Positions 39,801 through 52,748 are shown, numbered from the stretch's first letter. The stretch: 64,000 nucleotides of DNA from Squalus acanthias (GCA_030390025.1 JASTWF010000356.1:310001-374000); one strand, 5' to 3'. Notes: a model not told the origin generated them from the sequence alone. Made by a program: numbers and translations.

Positions 39801-42800
39801 CTGTGATCAGACAGTGTGTAATAGGGAGGATGGGCCCAGTGAGATCAGGCAGTGAGTAAGAGGGAGGATGGGCAGAGTGAGATCAGACGGTGTGTAACCC
39901 GAGGAGGATGGGCCCAGAGAGATCAAACAGTGTGTAAGCCTGGGAGGATGGGCCCAGTCAGATCAGACAGTGTGTAACCCCGGGTGAATGTACTCAGTGA
40001 CATCAGACAGTGTGTAACCAGGGGAGGATGGGCCCAGTGAGATCAGACAGTGTGTAACCTGGGGAGGATGGGGCCAGTGAGATCAGACAGTGTGTAACCC
40101 GAGTAGGATGGTCCCAATGAGATCAGACAGTGTGTAACCGGGGAGGATGGCCCTTGTGAGATCAGACTGTGTGTAACTTGAGGAGGATGGGCCCAGTGAG
40201 ATCAGACAGAGTGTAACCCGGGGAGGATGGGCCAAGCGTGTTCAGACAGTGTGTAACCCGGAATAGGATGGGCCCAGTGAGATCAGACATTGTGTAACCC
40301 GCGGAGCATGGGCCAAGTGAGATCAGACAGTGTGTAACCCGGGGAGGATGGGCCCAGTGAGATCAGACATTGTGTAACCCGCGGAGCATGAGCCCAGTGA
40401 GATCAGACAGTGTGTAACCCGGGGAGGATGGGCCCACTGAGATCAGACAGTGTGTAACCCGCGGAAGATGGGCACAGTGTGATCAGACAGTGTGTAACAG
40501 GGAGGATGGGCAGAGTGAGATCAGACAGTGTGTAACACGGGGAGGATGGGCCCACTGAGATCAGACAGTGTGTAACCCGGGGAAGATGGGCACAGTTTGA
40601 TCAGACAGTGTGTAACAGGGAGGATGGGCGCAGTGAGATCAGGCAGTGAGTAACAGGGAGGATGGGCAGAGTGAGATCAGACACTGTTTCACCCGGTGAG
40701 GATGGGCCCAGTGAAATCAAACAGTGTGTAACCTGGGGAGGATGGGCCCAGTCATATCAGACGGTGTGAATCCCGGGGAGGATGGGCCCAGTGTGATCAG
40801 ACAGTGTGTAACACGGGGAGTATGGGCCCAGTGAGATCAGACAGTCTGTAACCCGGGGACGATGGGCCCAGTGAGATCAGACAGTGTGCAACCCGGGGAG
40901 GATGGCCCAGTGAGATCAGACTGTGTGTAACCCGGGGAGGATGGACCAAGTGAGATCAGACATTGTGTAACCCGTGGTGGATGGGCCCAGTGAGATCAGA
41001 CAGTGTGTAACCCGGGGAGGATGGGCCCAGTGAGATCAGACAGAGTGTAACCCGGGAGAATGGGCCCAGTGAGATCAGACAGTGTATAACCCGGGGAGGA
41101 TGAGCCCAATGTGGTCAGACAGTGTGTAACCTGGGTAGGATGGGCCCTGTGAGATCAGACAGTGTGTAACCCGGGGAGGATGGGCCCAGTGTGTTCAGAC
41201 AATGTGTAACCCGGGCAGGATGGGCCCAGTGAGATCAATCATTGTGTAACTCGCGGTTGATTGGCCCAGTGAGATCAGACCGTGTGTAACCCGGGGAGGA
41301 TGGGCCGAAAGCGATCAGACAGTGTGTAACCCGGGGAAGATAAGCACAGTGTGATCAGACAGTGTGTAATAGGGAGGATGGGCCCAGTGAGATCAGGCAG
41401 TGAGTAAGAGGGAGGATGGGCAGAGTGAGATCAGACAGTGTGTAACCCGGGGAGAATGGGCCCAGAGAGATCAAACAGTGTGTAAGCCTGGGGGGATGGG
41501 CCCAGTCAGATCAGACAGTGTGTAACCCCGGGTGAATGTACTCAGTGACATCAGACAGTGTGTAACCCGGGGAGGATGGGATCTGTGAGATAAGAGAGTG
41601 AATAGCCCGGGGAGGATGGCCCCAGTGAGATCAGACAGTGTGTAATCCGGGGAGGATGGGCCCAGTGAGATCAGACAGTATATAACCCGGGGAGGATGGG
41701 CCCAGTGAGATCAGACAGTATTTATCCCGGGGAGGATGGGTCCAGTGAGATCAGACAGTGTGTGACACGGGGAGGATGGACTCAGTGAGATCAGACAGTG
41801 TGTAACCCCGGGAGGATGGCCCAGTGAGATCAGACTGTCTGTAACCCGGGGATGATGGACCATGTGAGATCAGACAGTGTGTAACCCGTGGTGGATGGGC
41901 CCAGTGAGATCAGACAGTGTGCAACCCGGGGAGGATGGGCCCAGTGAGATCAGACAGTGTGTAACCCGGGAGGATGGGCCCAGTGAGATCAGACAGTGTA
42001 TAACACGGGGAGGATGAGCCCAATGTGGCCAGACGGTGTGTAACCTGTGTAGGATGTTCCCTGTGAGATCAGGCAGTGTGTAACCCGGGGAGGATGGGCC
42101 CAGCGTGTTCAGACAGTGTGTAACCCGGGGAGGATGGGCCCAGTGAGATCAAACATTGTGTAACCAGCGGTTGAATTGCCCAGTGAGATCGGACAGTGTG
42201 TAACCCGGGGAGGATGGGCCCAGTGAGATCAGACAGTGTGTAACCCGGGGAAGATAAGCACAGTGTGATCAGACAGTGTGTAATAGGGAGGATGGGCCCA
42301 GTGAGATCAGGCAGTGAGTAAGAGGGAGGATGGGCAGAGTGAGATCAGACAGTGTGTAACACGGGGAGGATGGGCCCAGAGAGATCAGACAGTTTGTAAG
42401 CCTGGGAGGATGGGCCCAGCCAGATCAGACAGTGTGTAACCCCGGGTGAATGGACTCAGTGACATCAGACAGTGTGTAACCCGGGGAGGATGGTCCCAGT
42501 GAGATCAGACAGTGTGTGACACGGGGAGGATGGACTCAGTGAGATCAGACAGTGTGTAACCCTGGGAGGATGGGATCTGTGAGAAAGAGAGTGAATAGCC
42601 CGGGGAGGATGTGCCCAGTGAGATCAGACAGTGTGTAACCCGGGGAGGATGGGCCCATGAGATCAGACAGTGTGTAATCCGGGGAGGATGGGCCCAGTGA
42701 GATCAGACAGTATATCACCCGGGGAGGATGGGTCCAGTGAGATCAGACAGTGTGTGACACGGGGAGGATGGACTCAGTGAGATCAGACAGTGTGTAACCC

Positions 42801-43782
42801 GGGGAGAATGGGGCCAGTGAGATCAGACAGTGTGTAACCCGGGGAGGATGGGCCCAGTGAGATCAGACAGTGTGTAACACGGGTAGGATGGGCCCAATGA
42901 GATCAGACAGTGTGTAACCCGGGCTGGATGTGCCCAGTGAGATCAGACAGTGTTTAACCCGGCGAAGATTGTCCCAGTGAAATCAGACAGTGTGAAACCC
43001 GGGGAAGATTGTCCCAATGAGATAAGACTGTGTGAATCCCGGGGAGAATGGGCCCAGTGTGATCAGTCAGTGTGTAACACGGGGAGTATGGGCCCAGTGA
43101 GATCAGACAGTCTGTAAACCGGGGACGATGGGCCCAGTGAGATCAGACAGTGTTTAACCCGGGGAGAATGGCCCAGTGAGATCAGACTGTGTGTAACCCG
43201 GGGAGGATGGGCCCAGCGAGATCAGACAGTGTGTAACCCGGGAGGATGGCCCAGTGAGATCAGACAGAGTGTAACCTGGGGAGGATGGGCCCAGTGAGAT
43301 CAGACAGTGTGTTATCCGGGGAGGATGGGTCCAGTGAGATCAGACAGTGTGTAACCCGGGGAGGATGGGCCCAGTGAGATCAGACAGTGTTACCCCGGGG
43401 AGGATGGGCCAAGTGAGATCATACAGTGTGCAACCCCGGGAGGATGGGCCCAGTGAGATCAGACAGTGTGTAACCCGGGGAGGATAGTCCCAGTGAGATC
43501 AGCCAGTGTGAAATCGGGGAGGATGGGCCCAGTGTGATCAGGCAGTGTGTAACCCGGGGAGGATGGGTCCAGTGAGATCACACAGTGTTTAACCCGGGGA
43601 GAATGGGCCCAGTGAGATCAGACAGTGTAACCCCGGGGAGGATGGGTCCAGTGAGATTAGACAGTGTGTAACCCGGGGAGGTTGGGCCCTGTGAGATTAG
43701 ACAGTGTGTAACCCGGGGAGGTTGGGCCCAGTGAGATTAGACAGTGTGTAACCCGGGGAGGTTGGGCCCAGTGAGATCACAC
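18803..43782. repeat. 40-bp tandem satellite, array 2 (about 25 kb, about 625 monomers) with higher-order duplications
   Basis: Same consensus as array 1; near-identical ORFs recur at a 3617-bp offset (30868/34485, 31258/34875, 32850/36467); the rare variant GATCAAACCTTCTG occurs at 21583, 25011 and 26760. Confidence 0.97.
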
Positions 43783-43845
43783 TGCAACTGTTTATACAAA
43801 GCATAGAGAGAAAATTGCACATTTGCGACCAGAACTCTGGGGATA

Positions 43846-43882
43846 TTCAGGAAAGCGGGCTGGGTATCTGAGGAAAGGGAAA
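43846..43882. promoter_or_regulatory. GAS-like (TTCAGGAAA) and IRF-E/ISRE-like (GAAAGGGAAA) motifs; candidate interferon-responsive GBP promoter
   Basis: TTN5AA at 43846-43854 and GAAANNGAAA at 43873-43882, about 150 bp upstream of the putative first exon; mammalian GBP promoters use GAS plus ISRE. Confidence 0.35.
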
Positions 43883-44029
43883 AATCAACAAAATACTCGG
43901 CCTTTTGAATTTAATTTTTAGTCAGCAGAATAAATACTACATTACATTATTTCACGATTTCAATATTCAAATTTTCTCCTCTGCCATAATTAGGTCTTCT
44001 GGTGAATGAAGGAGTGATTGAGGAAGGTC

Positions 44030-44160
44030 CACAGCAGGAAGTAAACATAGATTATAGACTGAGGAACAGCAGCAGGTGAACCAGCAGAGGATTGTGAGAA
44101 CATCAACCAGAGAGAACCCTTCCGATTCAAAGAGCTTCCAGAGATCAACTGGTGAGAAAG
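44030..44160 (+). other. Putative non-coding first exon of the GBP gene (paralogous copy 2)
   Basis: Conserved with 8002-8132; possible donors TG|GTGAGA (44152) or AAG|GTCAGA (44161). The next recognisable host exon is the GBP ATG exon, which begins with an acceptor and so needs an upstream exon. Confidence 0.35.
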
Positions 44161-44653
44161 GTCAGAGAAAGTCTTATTAACTCCGGTAAACACTGGTCCT
44201 GGAGACAGTACACAACGGTTACAAAGTGATGCAGGTATTGCTGAGAATGAGAGTGGGAGTGTCTGAACACTGAGCACAATTATCCAACATGAGGCTGTGC
44301 AATGGATATTGAAGTGAGATCAGTTTCTGTCTCTAAACACACATTCACAAGTAAATCTTGTGTATGTTTTTGAGTAAAGGGCTTTGATCTAAGAGGTGAC
44401 TCTGGGGTAGAGTCTGGGGCAGAGCCCAGCAGATGGACACGTGTCTGTTTGTTAGGTGGGGCTGAACTCACACCGACACCATGAGATCTCAGTGTTTAAA
44501 ATATTTCACTCTGGTGACAGATCAAGGGGAAAGATTGAACAGGGAAACTAATTAAAATCAATTCATTGAACACGATTCAAAGACCAACCTATAGCCTGTG
44601 ACCAGTAGATATGGAGTAGTGTCAGATAGTGAATGCAGAGCACAGCGTTATTA

Positions 44654-46790
44654 CATAAGAAGTAGAAGCAGGAGTAGGTCACACAGCCCCTCGAGCCTGT
44701 TCCGCCATTCAATAAGATCATGGCTGATCATCGACCTCAACTCCACTCTCCCGCCCGATCTCCATATCCCTGGATTCCAAAAATCTGTCTCTCTCAAACT
44801 TGAATGTACTTAAAGACTCAGCATTCACAGCCCCCTGGGGCAGAGAATTCCAAAGATTCACAACCCTCTGAGTGAAGAAATTCCTCCTCATCTCAGTCTT
44901 AAATGGCTTACCCCTTATCCTGAGACTATGCCCCCTAGTTCTAGACTCTCCAGCCAGGGGAAACATCCTCTCAGCATCTACCCTGTCAATCCCTTCAGAA
45001 TTTTGTTTTATTTAATGAGATCACCTCTCATTCTTCGAAACTCCAGAGAGGATAGGCCCATTCTACACAATCTCTCATCCCAGGAATCAATTTAGTGAAC
45101 CTTCGTTGCACCGCCTCCAAGGCAAGTATATCCTTCCTTAGATAAGGAGACCAAAACTGTGCACAGTACTCCAGGTGTAGTCTGACCAATACCCTGTACA
45201 ATTGTAGCAAGACTTCCTTACTCTTATACTCCAAGCCCCTTGCAATGAAGGCCAACATGCCATTGCCATCCTTATGCTTGTTGTACCTGCATGCTAGCTT
45301 TCTGTGTTTCTTGTACGAGGACACCCAAATCTCTATAAGCACCAACATTTGTAAGTTTCTCACCATTTAAAACGTATTCTGTTTTTCTATTCTTCCTCAC
45401 ATTTCCTTACATTATGCTGCATCTGGCAGCTTACTGCCCACTCAATTAGTCGATCGATATCACTTTGCAGACTCTGTGTTCCCCTCACAGCTTACTGTCC
45501 CACCTAGATTTGCATCGTCAGCAAACTTGGATACATTACACTCGGTCCCTTCATCTAGGTCATTAATATAGATTGTAAATAGCTGAGGCTCCAATACTGA
45601 TGCACTAGTTACCCCTGCCAACCTGAAAAAGATCCGTTTATCCCTACTCTCTGTTTTCTGTCCGTTAACCAATCCTCTATCCATGCTGCTATATTACGCC
45701 CAACCCCATGAGCCCTAATCTTGTGTAATAACCTTTTATGTGGCACCTTATCGAATGCCTTTTGAAAATCCAAATATACTACATCCGCTGGTTCCACTTT
45801 ATCTACCCTGCTCGTTACATCCTCAAAAAACTCTAATTCGTCAAACACGATTTCCCTTTCATAAAACCATGTTGACTTTGCCGAATCATGTTAAGATTTT
45901 TAAGTGCCCTGATACATCTTCCTTAACAATGGATTCCAGCATTTTCCCGACCACTGATGTCAGGCTAACTGGCCTGTAGTTCCCTGTTTTTTCTCTCCCT
46001 CCTTTCTTGAATAGCGGTGTTACATTTGCAACCTTCCAATCCGCTGGGACCATTCTAGAATCTAGGGAATTTTGGAAGATCGAAACCAAATCACCCACTA
46101 TCTCTTCAGCCACCTCTTTTAGAACCCCAGGATGTAGGCCGTCAGGTCCAGGGGATTTGTCGGCTTTTAGTAGACATTAGATTCTCTTGTACTTTATCTC
46201 TACTTATATTAATTACGTTAAGTTCCTCACCCTCATTAGACTCTTGTTTCCCCACCATTTTTGGTTTGCATTTTGTGTCTTCTACTGTGAGAAGAGATAC
46301 AAAATATTTGTTTAACATTTTTGCAAATTCGTTATTCATGTATGTCATTAGATCCAGGGGATTTCTCGGCTTTTAGTCCCATTAGTTGCTCTAGTACATT
46401 TTCTCTACTTATATTAATAACGTTACGTTTTTCAAACTTGGTTCCACACCATTTTTAAAATGCTTTTTGTGTCTTCTACTGTGAAGACAGATACAAAGTA
46501 TTTGTTAACGTTTCTGCCATTTCCTTATTCCCCTTAATTTCTCCTGTCTCAACCTCTAAGAGACCAACGTTTACTTTAACTACTCTCTTCCTTTTTACAT
46601 ACTTGAAGAGGCTCTTACAATCTGCTTTTTTTATTTCTTGCTGGTTTTCTCTCATTCTATTTTTTCCCTTATCAATTTTTTGTTCATCCTTTGCTGGTTT
46701 TTGAATCTCTCCTAATCCTCAGGCTTACCATTAGTCTTTGCAATATTATAAGCTTCTTCTTTCAATCTAAAGCAATCCTTAAGTTATTTA
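44654..46790 (-). mobile_element. CR1 (HER1-like) LINE, 3' 2.1 kb of ORF2 with an internal duplication of about 206 bp
   Basis: VPADWKVANVTPLFKKG..NYRPVSLTS, YLDFQKAFDKVPH and FADD motifs; tail at 44654; TCCAGGGGATTT.TCGGCTTTTAGT at 46147 and 46353. Confidence 0.92.
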
Positions 46791-46794
46791 GTTA

Positions 46795-47030
46795 GGGTGG
46801 GGGGCGGGGGCCTGTGCCAGTGGATGTAGGGGGTGGAGGCCTGGACAGTGTGGGGGGGTGCGGAGTGCTGGGCCGGAGGGAGCGGGGGGTCTCGGTCACT
46901 GTGGGAGGGTGGTGCGGGTATCTGGGACAGTGAGGTGGCGGGGGCCTGTGCCAGTGAAGTGGGGGGGGGGGGGAGTGGGTGGCTGAGCCAGTTGGGGGTG
47001 GGGGGGGGTGGCTGTGCCCGTGGGGGGACG
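46795..47030 (+). repeat. G-rich low-complexity tract with G-quadruplex potential
   Basis: Many G4-G13 runs; GCGGGGGCCTGTGCCAGTG occurs twice. Confidence 0.75.
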
Positions 47031-47109
47031 GAGGTACAACATCACTTGAATTGTTTAGGATCGGTCAGAAGGTAAGTTCCATGTTGCTGAGCCTCACTGC
47101 CAATAAAAG

Positions 47110-47275
47110 GTGCATTGAATGGGATGTGTGATAAATGCATGAGGGAGAAAGGAATATAAGGTCATGCTGATGGGGTTAGATGAAGAGCACTGTCAGCAGG
47201 CTCGTGTGGACCATAAACACCGGCACAGACCACTTGGGCTGAATGGCTTGTTTCTCAGCTGATAATTCCATGTAA
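47110..47275 (+). mobile_element. Short CR1 3'-UTR fragment (a related antisense piece lies at about 50520-50605)
   Basis: ATGAGGGAGAAAGGAATA...ATAAACACCGGCACAGACC...GGGCTGAATGGC resembles a CR1 3' terminus. Confidence 0.6.
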
Positions 47276-47549
47276 AACAGGAAGTGACGATGCCGTATTT
47301 TCTAAGACAGTTTGATATCAAGAGAACATCAGAAACTTTGCTCTTGTTCTGTAGCCTGCAACAAGCAAACTCCTCCGATGGAACTGGGAGATTCCAATCG
47401 CCCAGCCAGAGCGCTTGGAATATTCTGTAAAAGTTAAATGAGTTTAACTGTTTCTATAACATTGAATCACAAATAGGGTTTGTGTATTTCAGAGAAGAGG
47501 GTTTGATCAAAGACTCGTCCCGTTTGACACGCGGGTGAAGAGTTAGACA

Positions 47550-48700
47550 GGTGCATCTCCATCTCCAGCCTCCCTTTCCTCAATGTTTCGTCGCCTCCCG
47601 AATTTCTGCCCATCTTTCTCACAGCCTCATGTTTGAATCTTTCCAATCGGGTTTCTGATCCTGCCACAGCACTGAGACTATGACCGTGGTAAACTGTCCC
47701 TCCTCATTCTTCTCGACCTCTGCTGTCTTTGACACGGTCGAGCACAACATCCTCCAACGCTTCCCCTACATTGTCCAGCTCAGTGGGACTGCCCTCCCTC
47801 CGTTGTCCAGCTCAGTGGGACTGCCCTCCCCCCGTTGTCCAGCTCAGTGGGACTGTCCTCCCCTCCGTTGTCCAGCTCAGTATGACTGCCCTCCCCACGT
47901 TGTCCAGCTCAGTGGGACTGTCCTCCCTCCGTTGTCCAGCTCAGTATGACTGCCCTCCCTCCGTTGTCCAGCTCAGTGGGACTGCCCTCCCTCCGTTGTC
48001 CAGCTCAGTGGGACTGCCCTCCCCTCCATTGTCCAGCTCAGTGGGACAGTCCTCCCTCCGTTGTCCAGATCAGTGGGACTGTCCTCCCCTTCGTTGTCCA
48101 GCTCAGTGGGACTGTCCTCCCTCCGTTGTCCAGCTCAGTGGGACTGTCCTCCCCCCGTTGTCCAGCTCAGTGGGACTGCCCTGCCCCCCGTTGTCCAGCT
48201 CAGTGGGACTGTCCTCCCCTCCGTTGTCCACTCAGTGGGACTGTCCTCCCCTCCATTGTCCAGCTCAGTGGGACTGTTCTCCCCCCCGTTGTTCATCTCA
48301 GTGAGACTGCCTTCCCCCCGTTGTCCAGCTCAGTGGGACTGCCCTCACTTGGTTCCACTTTTACCCATCCAGTCGTTGCCAGAGAATCTCCATCAATGTC
48401 TTCTCTTCCCGCTCCCGCACTGTTCCCTCTGGAGTCCCCCATGGATCTATCCTCGCCCCCTCCTATTTCTCATCTGCGTGCTGCCCCTTGGAGAGAGCCG
48501 AAGACAAGTGGTCAGCTTTCACATGTACCCTGACACCACTCTGCTCCACATCCCCACCAGCACTCTCCAACCCTACACTGACTCTGATTCCTCACGCTTC
48601 TTGTCCGACATCCATCTGTGATGAGCTACACATTTCTCCAATTAAAGATTACAAGACAAAAGACTTGGTCAGTGGCCCCTGCCAGGAATTCTGTTCCCTC
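47550..48700 (+). mobile_element. Degenerate L2 LINE RT fragment containing an internal minisatellite
   Basis: Remnants of FQSGF..HSTET, SAVFDTVEH, GVPHGSIL.PLLFLI..LPLG and FHMY(A)D motifs typical of L2 RT. Confidence 0.78.
47769..48346. repeat. 30-33 bp minisatellite (about 18 copies)
   Basis: Unit CCGTTGTCCAGCTCAGTGGGACTG(C/T)CCTCCC(CT). Confidence 0.95.
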
Positions 48701-48734
48701 CCCGTCCCATTCAGTGTCTCATATTTAAACATGC

Positions 48735-50346
48735 TGTTCGCACGTGATATCAAGAAATGGCTGACTGCACTGGATACAGCAAAGGCTATGGGCCCCTACA
48801 ACATCCTAGCTATTGTGCTGAAGTTTTGTGCTCCAGATCTAGCCGCGCCTCTTGCCAAGCTGTTCCAGTAAAGCTACAGCACTGGCATCTATCCGAAAAT
48901 GTGGAAAACTGCCCAGGTATGTCCTGTCCACAAATAACAGGACAAATCCAACCCGGCCAATTACCGCCCCATCAGTCTACCCTCAATGATCAGCAAAGTG
49001 ATGGAAGGTGTCTTCGACAGTGCTATCAAGCGGCACTTAATCACCAATAACCTGCTCACTGATGCACACTTTGTGTTCCACCAATACCACTCGGCTCCCG
49101 ACCTCATTACAGCCTTGGTCCAAACATTGACAAAGGAGCTGAATTCCAGAGGTGAGGTGAGAGTGACTGCCCTTGACTTCAAGACAGCATTTGACCGAGT
49201 GTGGTATCAAGGAGCCCGAGTAAAACTGAAGTCAATGGGAATCGGGCGGGTTGGGGGGGTGGAGCGCTAAACTGGCTGAAGTCATACTTGCACAAAAGAA
49301 GAAGGTTGTGGCGCTTGAAAGTCAATCATCACAGCCCCAGAATATCGCGGCAGGAGTTCCTCAGGGCAGTGTCCTAGTCCAACCATCTTCAGCTGCTTCA
49401 TCAATGATCTTCCGTCCAACATAAGTTCAGAAATGGGGATGTATGCTGATGACTGCACAGTGTTCAGCGCCATTCACATCTCCTCAGATAATGAAGCAGT
49501 CCATGCTCTCAAGCAACAAGACCTGGATGACGTTCAGGCTTTGGCTGATAAGTGGCAGGTAACTTTCGCACCACAAAAGTGCCAGGCAATGTCTATCTCC
49601 AACAAAAGAGAGTCGAACCAAATCTCCTTGACATTCAATGGCATTACCATTGCCGAATCAGCCACTATCAACATCCTGGGGGTCAGCATTAACCAGAATC
49701 TTAACTGGACCAGCCACATAAAAACTACGGCAACAAGAGCAGGTCACAGGCTGGGTATTCTGTGGCGAGTGTCTCACCTCCTGACTCCCCAAAGCCTTTC
49801 CACCATCTGCAAGGCACAAGTAAGGAGTGTGATGGAATACTCTTCACTTGCCTGGATGAGTGCAGCTCCAACAACACTCAAGAAGCTCGACACCAATCGG
49901 GACAAAGCAGCCCACTTGATTGGCAACCCATCCAGCAACTTAAACATTAACTCCCTCCACCACCGGCGTACCGTGGCTGCAGTGTGTACCATCTACAAGA
50001 TGCACTGCAGCAACTCGCCAAGGCTTCTTCTGCATCACCTCCCAAACCCGCAAACTCTTCCACCTTGAAGGACAAGGGCAGCAGGCGCATGGGAACACCA
50101 CCACCTCCAAGTTCCCCTCCAAGCCACACACCATCCTGACTTGGAAGTATATCATCGATCATTCATCGTCGCTGGGCCAAAATGCTGGAACTCCCTCCCT
50201 GACAGCACTGAGGGAGTACCATCGACACACGGACTGCAGCGGTTCAAGAAGGCGGCTCACCGCCACCTTCTCAAGGAAAATTAGGGATGGGCAATAAAAG
50301 CTGGCCTTGCCAGCGACGCCCAGATGCCATTAGCGAATAAAAAAAA
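48735..50346 (+). mobile_element. 5'-truncated CR1-group (L2/Crack-like) LINE: RT domain and 3' tail
   Basis: KAMGP.NI..IVLK.CAP.LA.PL, NYRPISL, ALDFKTAFDRVW, GVPQGSVL and YADD motifs; ends GCCAGCGACGCCC...AATAAAAAAAA. Exact clade not determined. Confidence 0.88.
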
Positions 50347-50729
50347 GTTTTATGGGATGGAAAATGGAGTCATGGAAGCTGAAAAAGGCTGCCAAATGAG
50401 ACTATATCGAATGCTGTTGGAAGGTGAATGATGGACATGGAAAGGTTACACACTATGGTCACAGTCACAGAGATTGTAGTTTGTGACTGTTCAGGGCAGA
50501 TTAGAGTTACATCAAAACTGCAGCAGAGAAAGTGTCCATTCGGCTCAAGTGGTCTTTGCTGTGTTTATACTCCACGGGAGCCTCCTCCCACTCTATTTAC
50601 ATCTCGACACCGTGCCCACATATACGTTCGATGCGTTAGACACACGACACAAATATTAAATAACATTCAGAACGCCGGAGAACCCATCCTCCTGGAATTA
50701 ATTTAGCGAGTTTGTCGCACTCCCCTCAC

Positions 50730-51034
50730 TTCAGAAAAAAATGAGGTAATTCACGTTGGAGCTAAAAAGGATAGTTCAGATAATTTTCTAAATGGTTAGA
50801 GGTTAGGAACTATGGATGAGCAGAGAGAACGAGGGGTCCAAGTACAGAAATCACTAGAAGACAGTGGATAGGTCTCAAAAAGAAGTAAAAGGCTAATGGA
50901 ATGTTGGGCTTTATCTCGAGGGCTGCCTTACAAAGGAGTAGAAGATCTGTTGCAGCTGTACAGAGCTCTGGTTAGACCCATTTAGAGAACCGCACCTCGG
51001 GAACAATATCTTGGGTTTGGATGTGGTGCAGCTC
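50730..51034 (+). mobile_element. Old CR1 ORF2 fragment; the target into which the ERV inserted
   Basis: Remnants of EVIHVG.KK, ANGMLGFISRG and LQLYRALVRPI; stops at the LTR TG. A few matching bases (GATTC..ACT) may resume after 59925. Confidence 0.7.
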
Positions 51035-52228
51035 TGTTGGTGAGAAATTAATTCACTCGAGTCTGTCTTAAAGCAGAAGATCACAGTTTATTATTCAGAG
51101 CGCTCTGGGAGAAGGTTCACATCCTACGGCCTAATGACCAGATTCTCAATGTAACAGTGGTTACCCAAGCTTCTTTATACACTTCCAGAAGCCAGAATAT
51201 ACAAATCTCAGCACAGTTATTACATCAGAGCGACCCTTCGGGTCTCTAAACACAACTTGATTAGAATTTTACACTGTTAGCGAAAATTATGTTTTACTTC
51301 TGCTTTTGTTTAATAGTGGTCAGCCACCTGCATAGCAAGGTTTCATTCTTAGTCTTTTCGAGGTAAGTTTATTATAGAAAGACAACGGCCCAAAAATTTG
51401 TGCTGATACGCGAGAGTACGCGCTGAAAACCGGCACTTGGTGAATGGAAAAGGGGGCGGTTCCTCGGTGAACCGCGTGCGCGCTACAGGCTGCGCGCATG
51501 CAGTGCACTTAGTGGTTTCAACGCGCAGGTAAGTATGGAAGATTTTACACATAAAAAAGGAGGATGAGACCCACTTTTACCAAAGTAAGTAGTGAATTAA
51601 GTATTATTTTGAATTTTTTTTAACAGGTATATCTTTTTTAGAGACTTTAAAGACAGGTAAGTTTATTATTATAACTTTTTAAAAGATTTAAAATTTTTTC
51701 AAAAATTTAATTTTTTATTTGAAAAGGTTAATTTATTTAACTATACTTATTTTATTAATTTGATGGTTTTTTTTAATTTAATTGAGGTTTAGCTGTTCTT
51801 TTGGGGGCTATAGTATTCATAGCTTTCACAGCACTTGTGTGAAAGTTATGAATGGAAGATGGTGTGCTGCCATTGGCTCTAACTGAGTGGGATACGCAAG
51901 CCCAGCACAGCAGCTGTCCAGAACATCAAGTTCGTGCGAGCTGGAACTGAAAAAGCCAACGCGCAGTGAGAGATCGCGCGGAAGCCTTACCCTCGCACGA
52001 AGGCTTCCTCACGATTTTTTGGGCCAATGATTCACGTTTGTTCTGCAGTGTCTGCATTATCAATACTGCAGTTGGAGCAACTTGGTCTTTTATCTAATTA
52101 TACCCCTGTCTCCATGCCTAAGGGAGATACTTTGACATTTACTATAGTCCTTTAAGCGATTCAACTAATCTTATACATTACAACTGATTTGCCCTTACAT
52201 TATTACAATTAAATGTTTTACTCTTACA
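51035..52228 (-). repeat. 3' LTR (about 550 bp plus a 639-bp MITE insertion)
   Basis: TGTTGGTGAGAAATTAATTCACTCGAG...ACTCTTACA on the + strand, homologous to 59380-59920. Confidence 0.95.
51387..52025. mobile_element. MITE with GGCCC-AAAAA TIRs and a 3-bp TSD (AAC/AAT), PIF/Harbinger-like
   Basis: GGCCCAAAAATTT...ATTTTTTGGGCC; the other LTR shows the empty site AAACAATGATTC. Confidence 0.88.
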
Positions 52229-52240
52229 GTCCCTCCTATT
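52229..52240 (-). other. Polypurine tract
   Basis: The minus strand reads AATAGGAGGGAC immediately before TGTAAGAG of the 3' LTR. Confidence 0.8.
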
Positions 52241-52748
52241 GGTCCCTGGCCAAAGATTGATTTGTCCTCGGGACCATCATACCACGGTTATAACGGCGGC
52301 ACACAGTTTCTTATGCTCTGTTGACGAGATCTTTTGACGATGTTATTGTTGTTTCAAAGTCCAATGTAACTGAGAACGCGCTCGGGAGAATTACAGAGAA
52401 AGACACCCCGGAAGAGGTTGAGCTGCACAGTCTAGTCACATCACGACTGTTGAGCTATTCGTACCATTTAGGTTAGGTTATTCCTCTCCTCTTCCGTTTT
52501 TTTTCTTTATCCTCCGTCCTCCACCTGACTTGTCATGAACATGCCCTTCTCTTTGAAATATCGATGTCAATTTCTTCCGTGAGTAGACGTATTCCTTGTA
52601 GTTTAAAGTTATTCCCTTCTTCATCTGCTTGTCTGTTTCTTCTTGTGCCATATGCCGCAACCAATGGTTTGTCCCTATTCTACTCTATCTCTAAAGTTTT
52701 ACACATGCATTAATACAAACGTTACCCGCACGTAAGCATTTTCCTTTC

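Noticed and set aside
1..43782. CRISPR-like array (regular 40-bp periodicity)
   Set aside because: The monomers are contiguous with no unique spacers, there are no cas genes, and the context is vertebrate.
18803..43782. RAG recombination signal sequences (CACAGTG in some monomer variants)
   Set aside because: The consensus is GACAGTG, no ACAAAAACC nonamer is seen at 12/23 spacing, and no V/D/J segments are visible.
47729..48621. Cys/Pro-rich repetitive proteins in three frames
   Set aside because: Artefact of the 30-33 bp minisatellite inside an L2 fragment.
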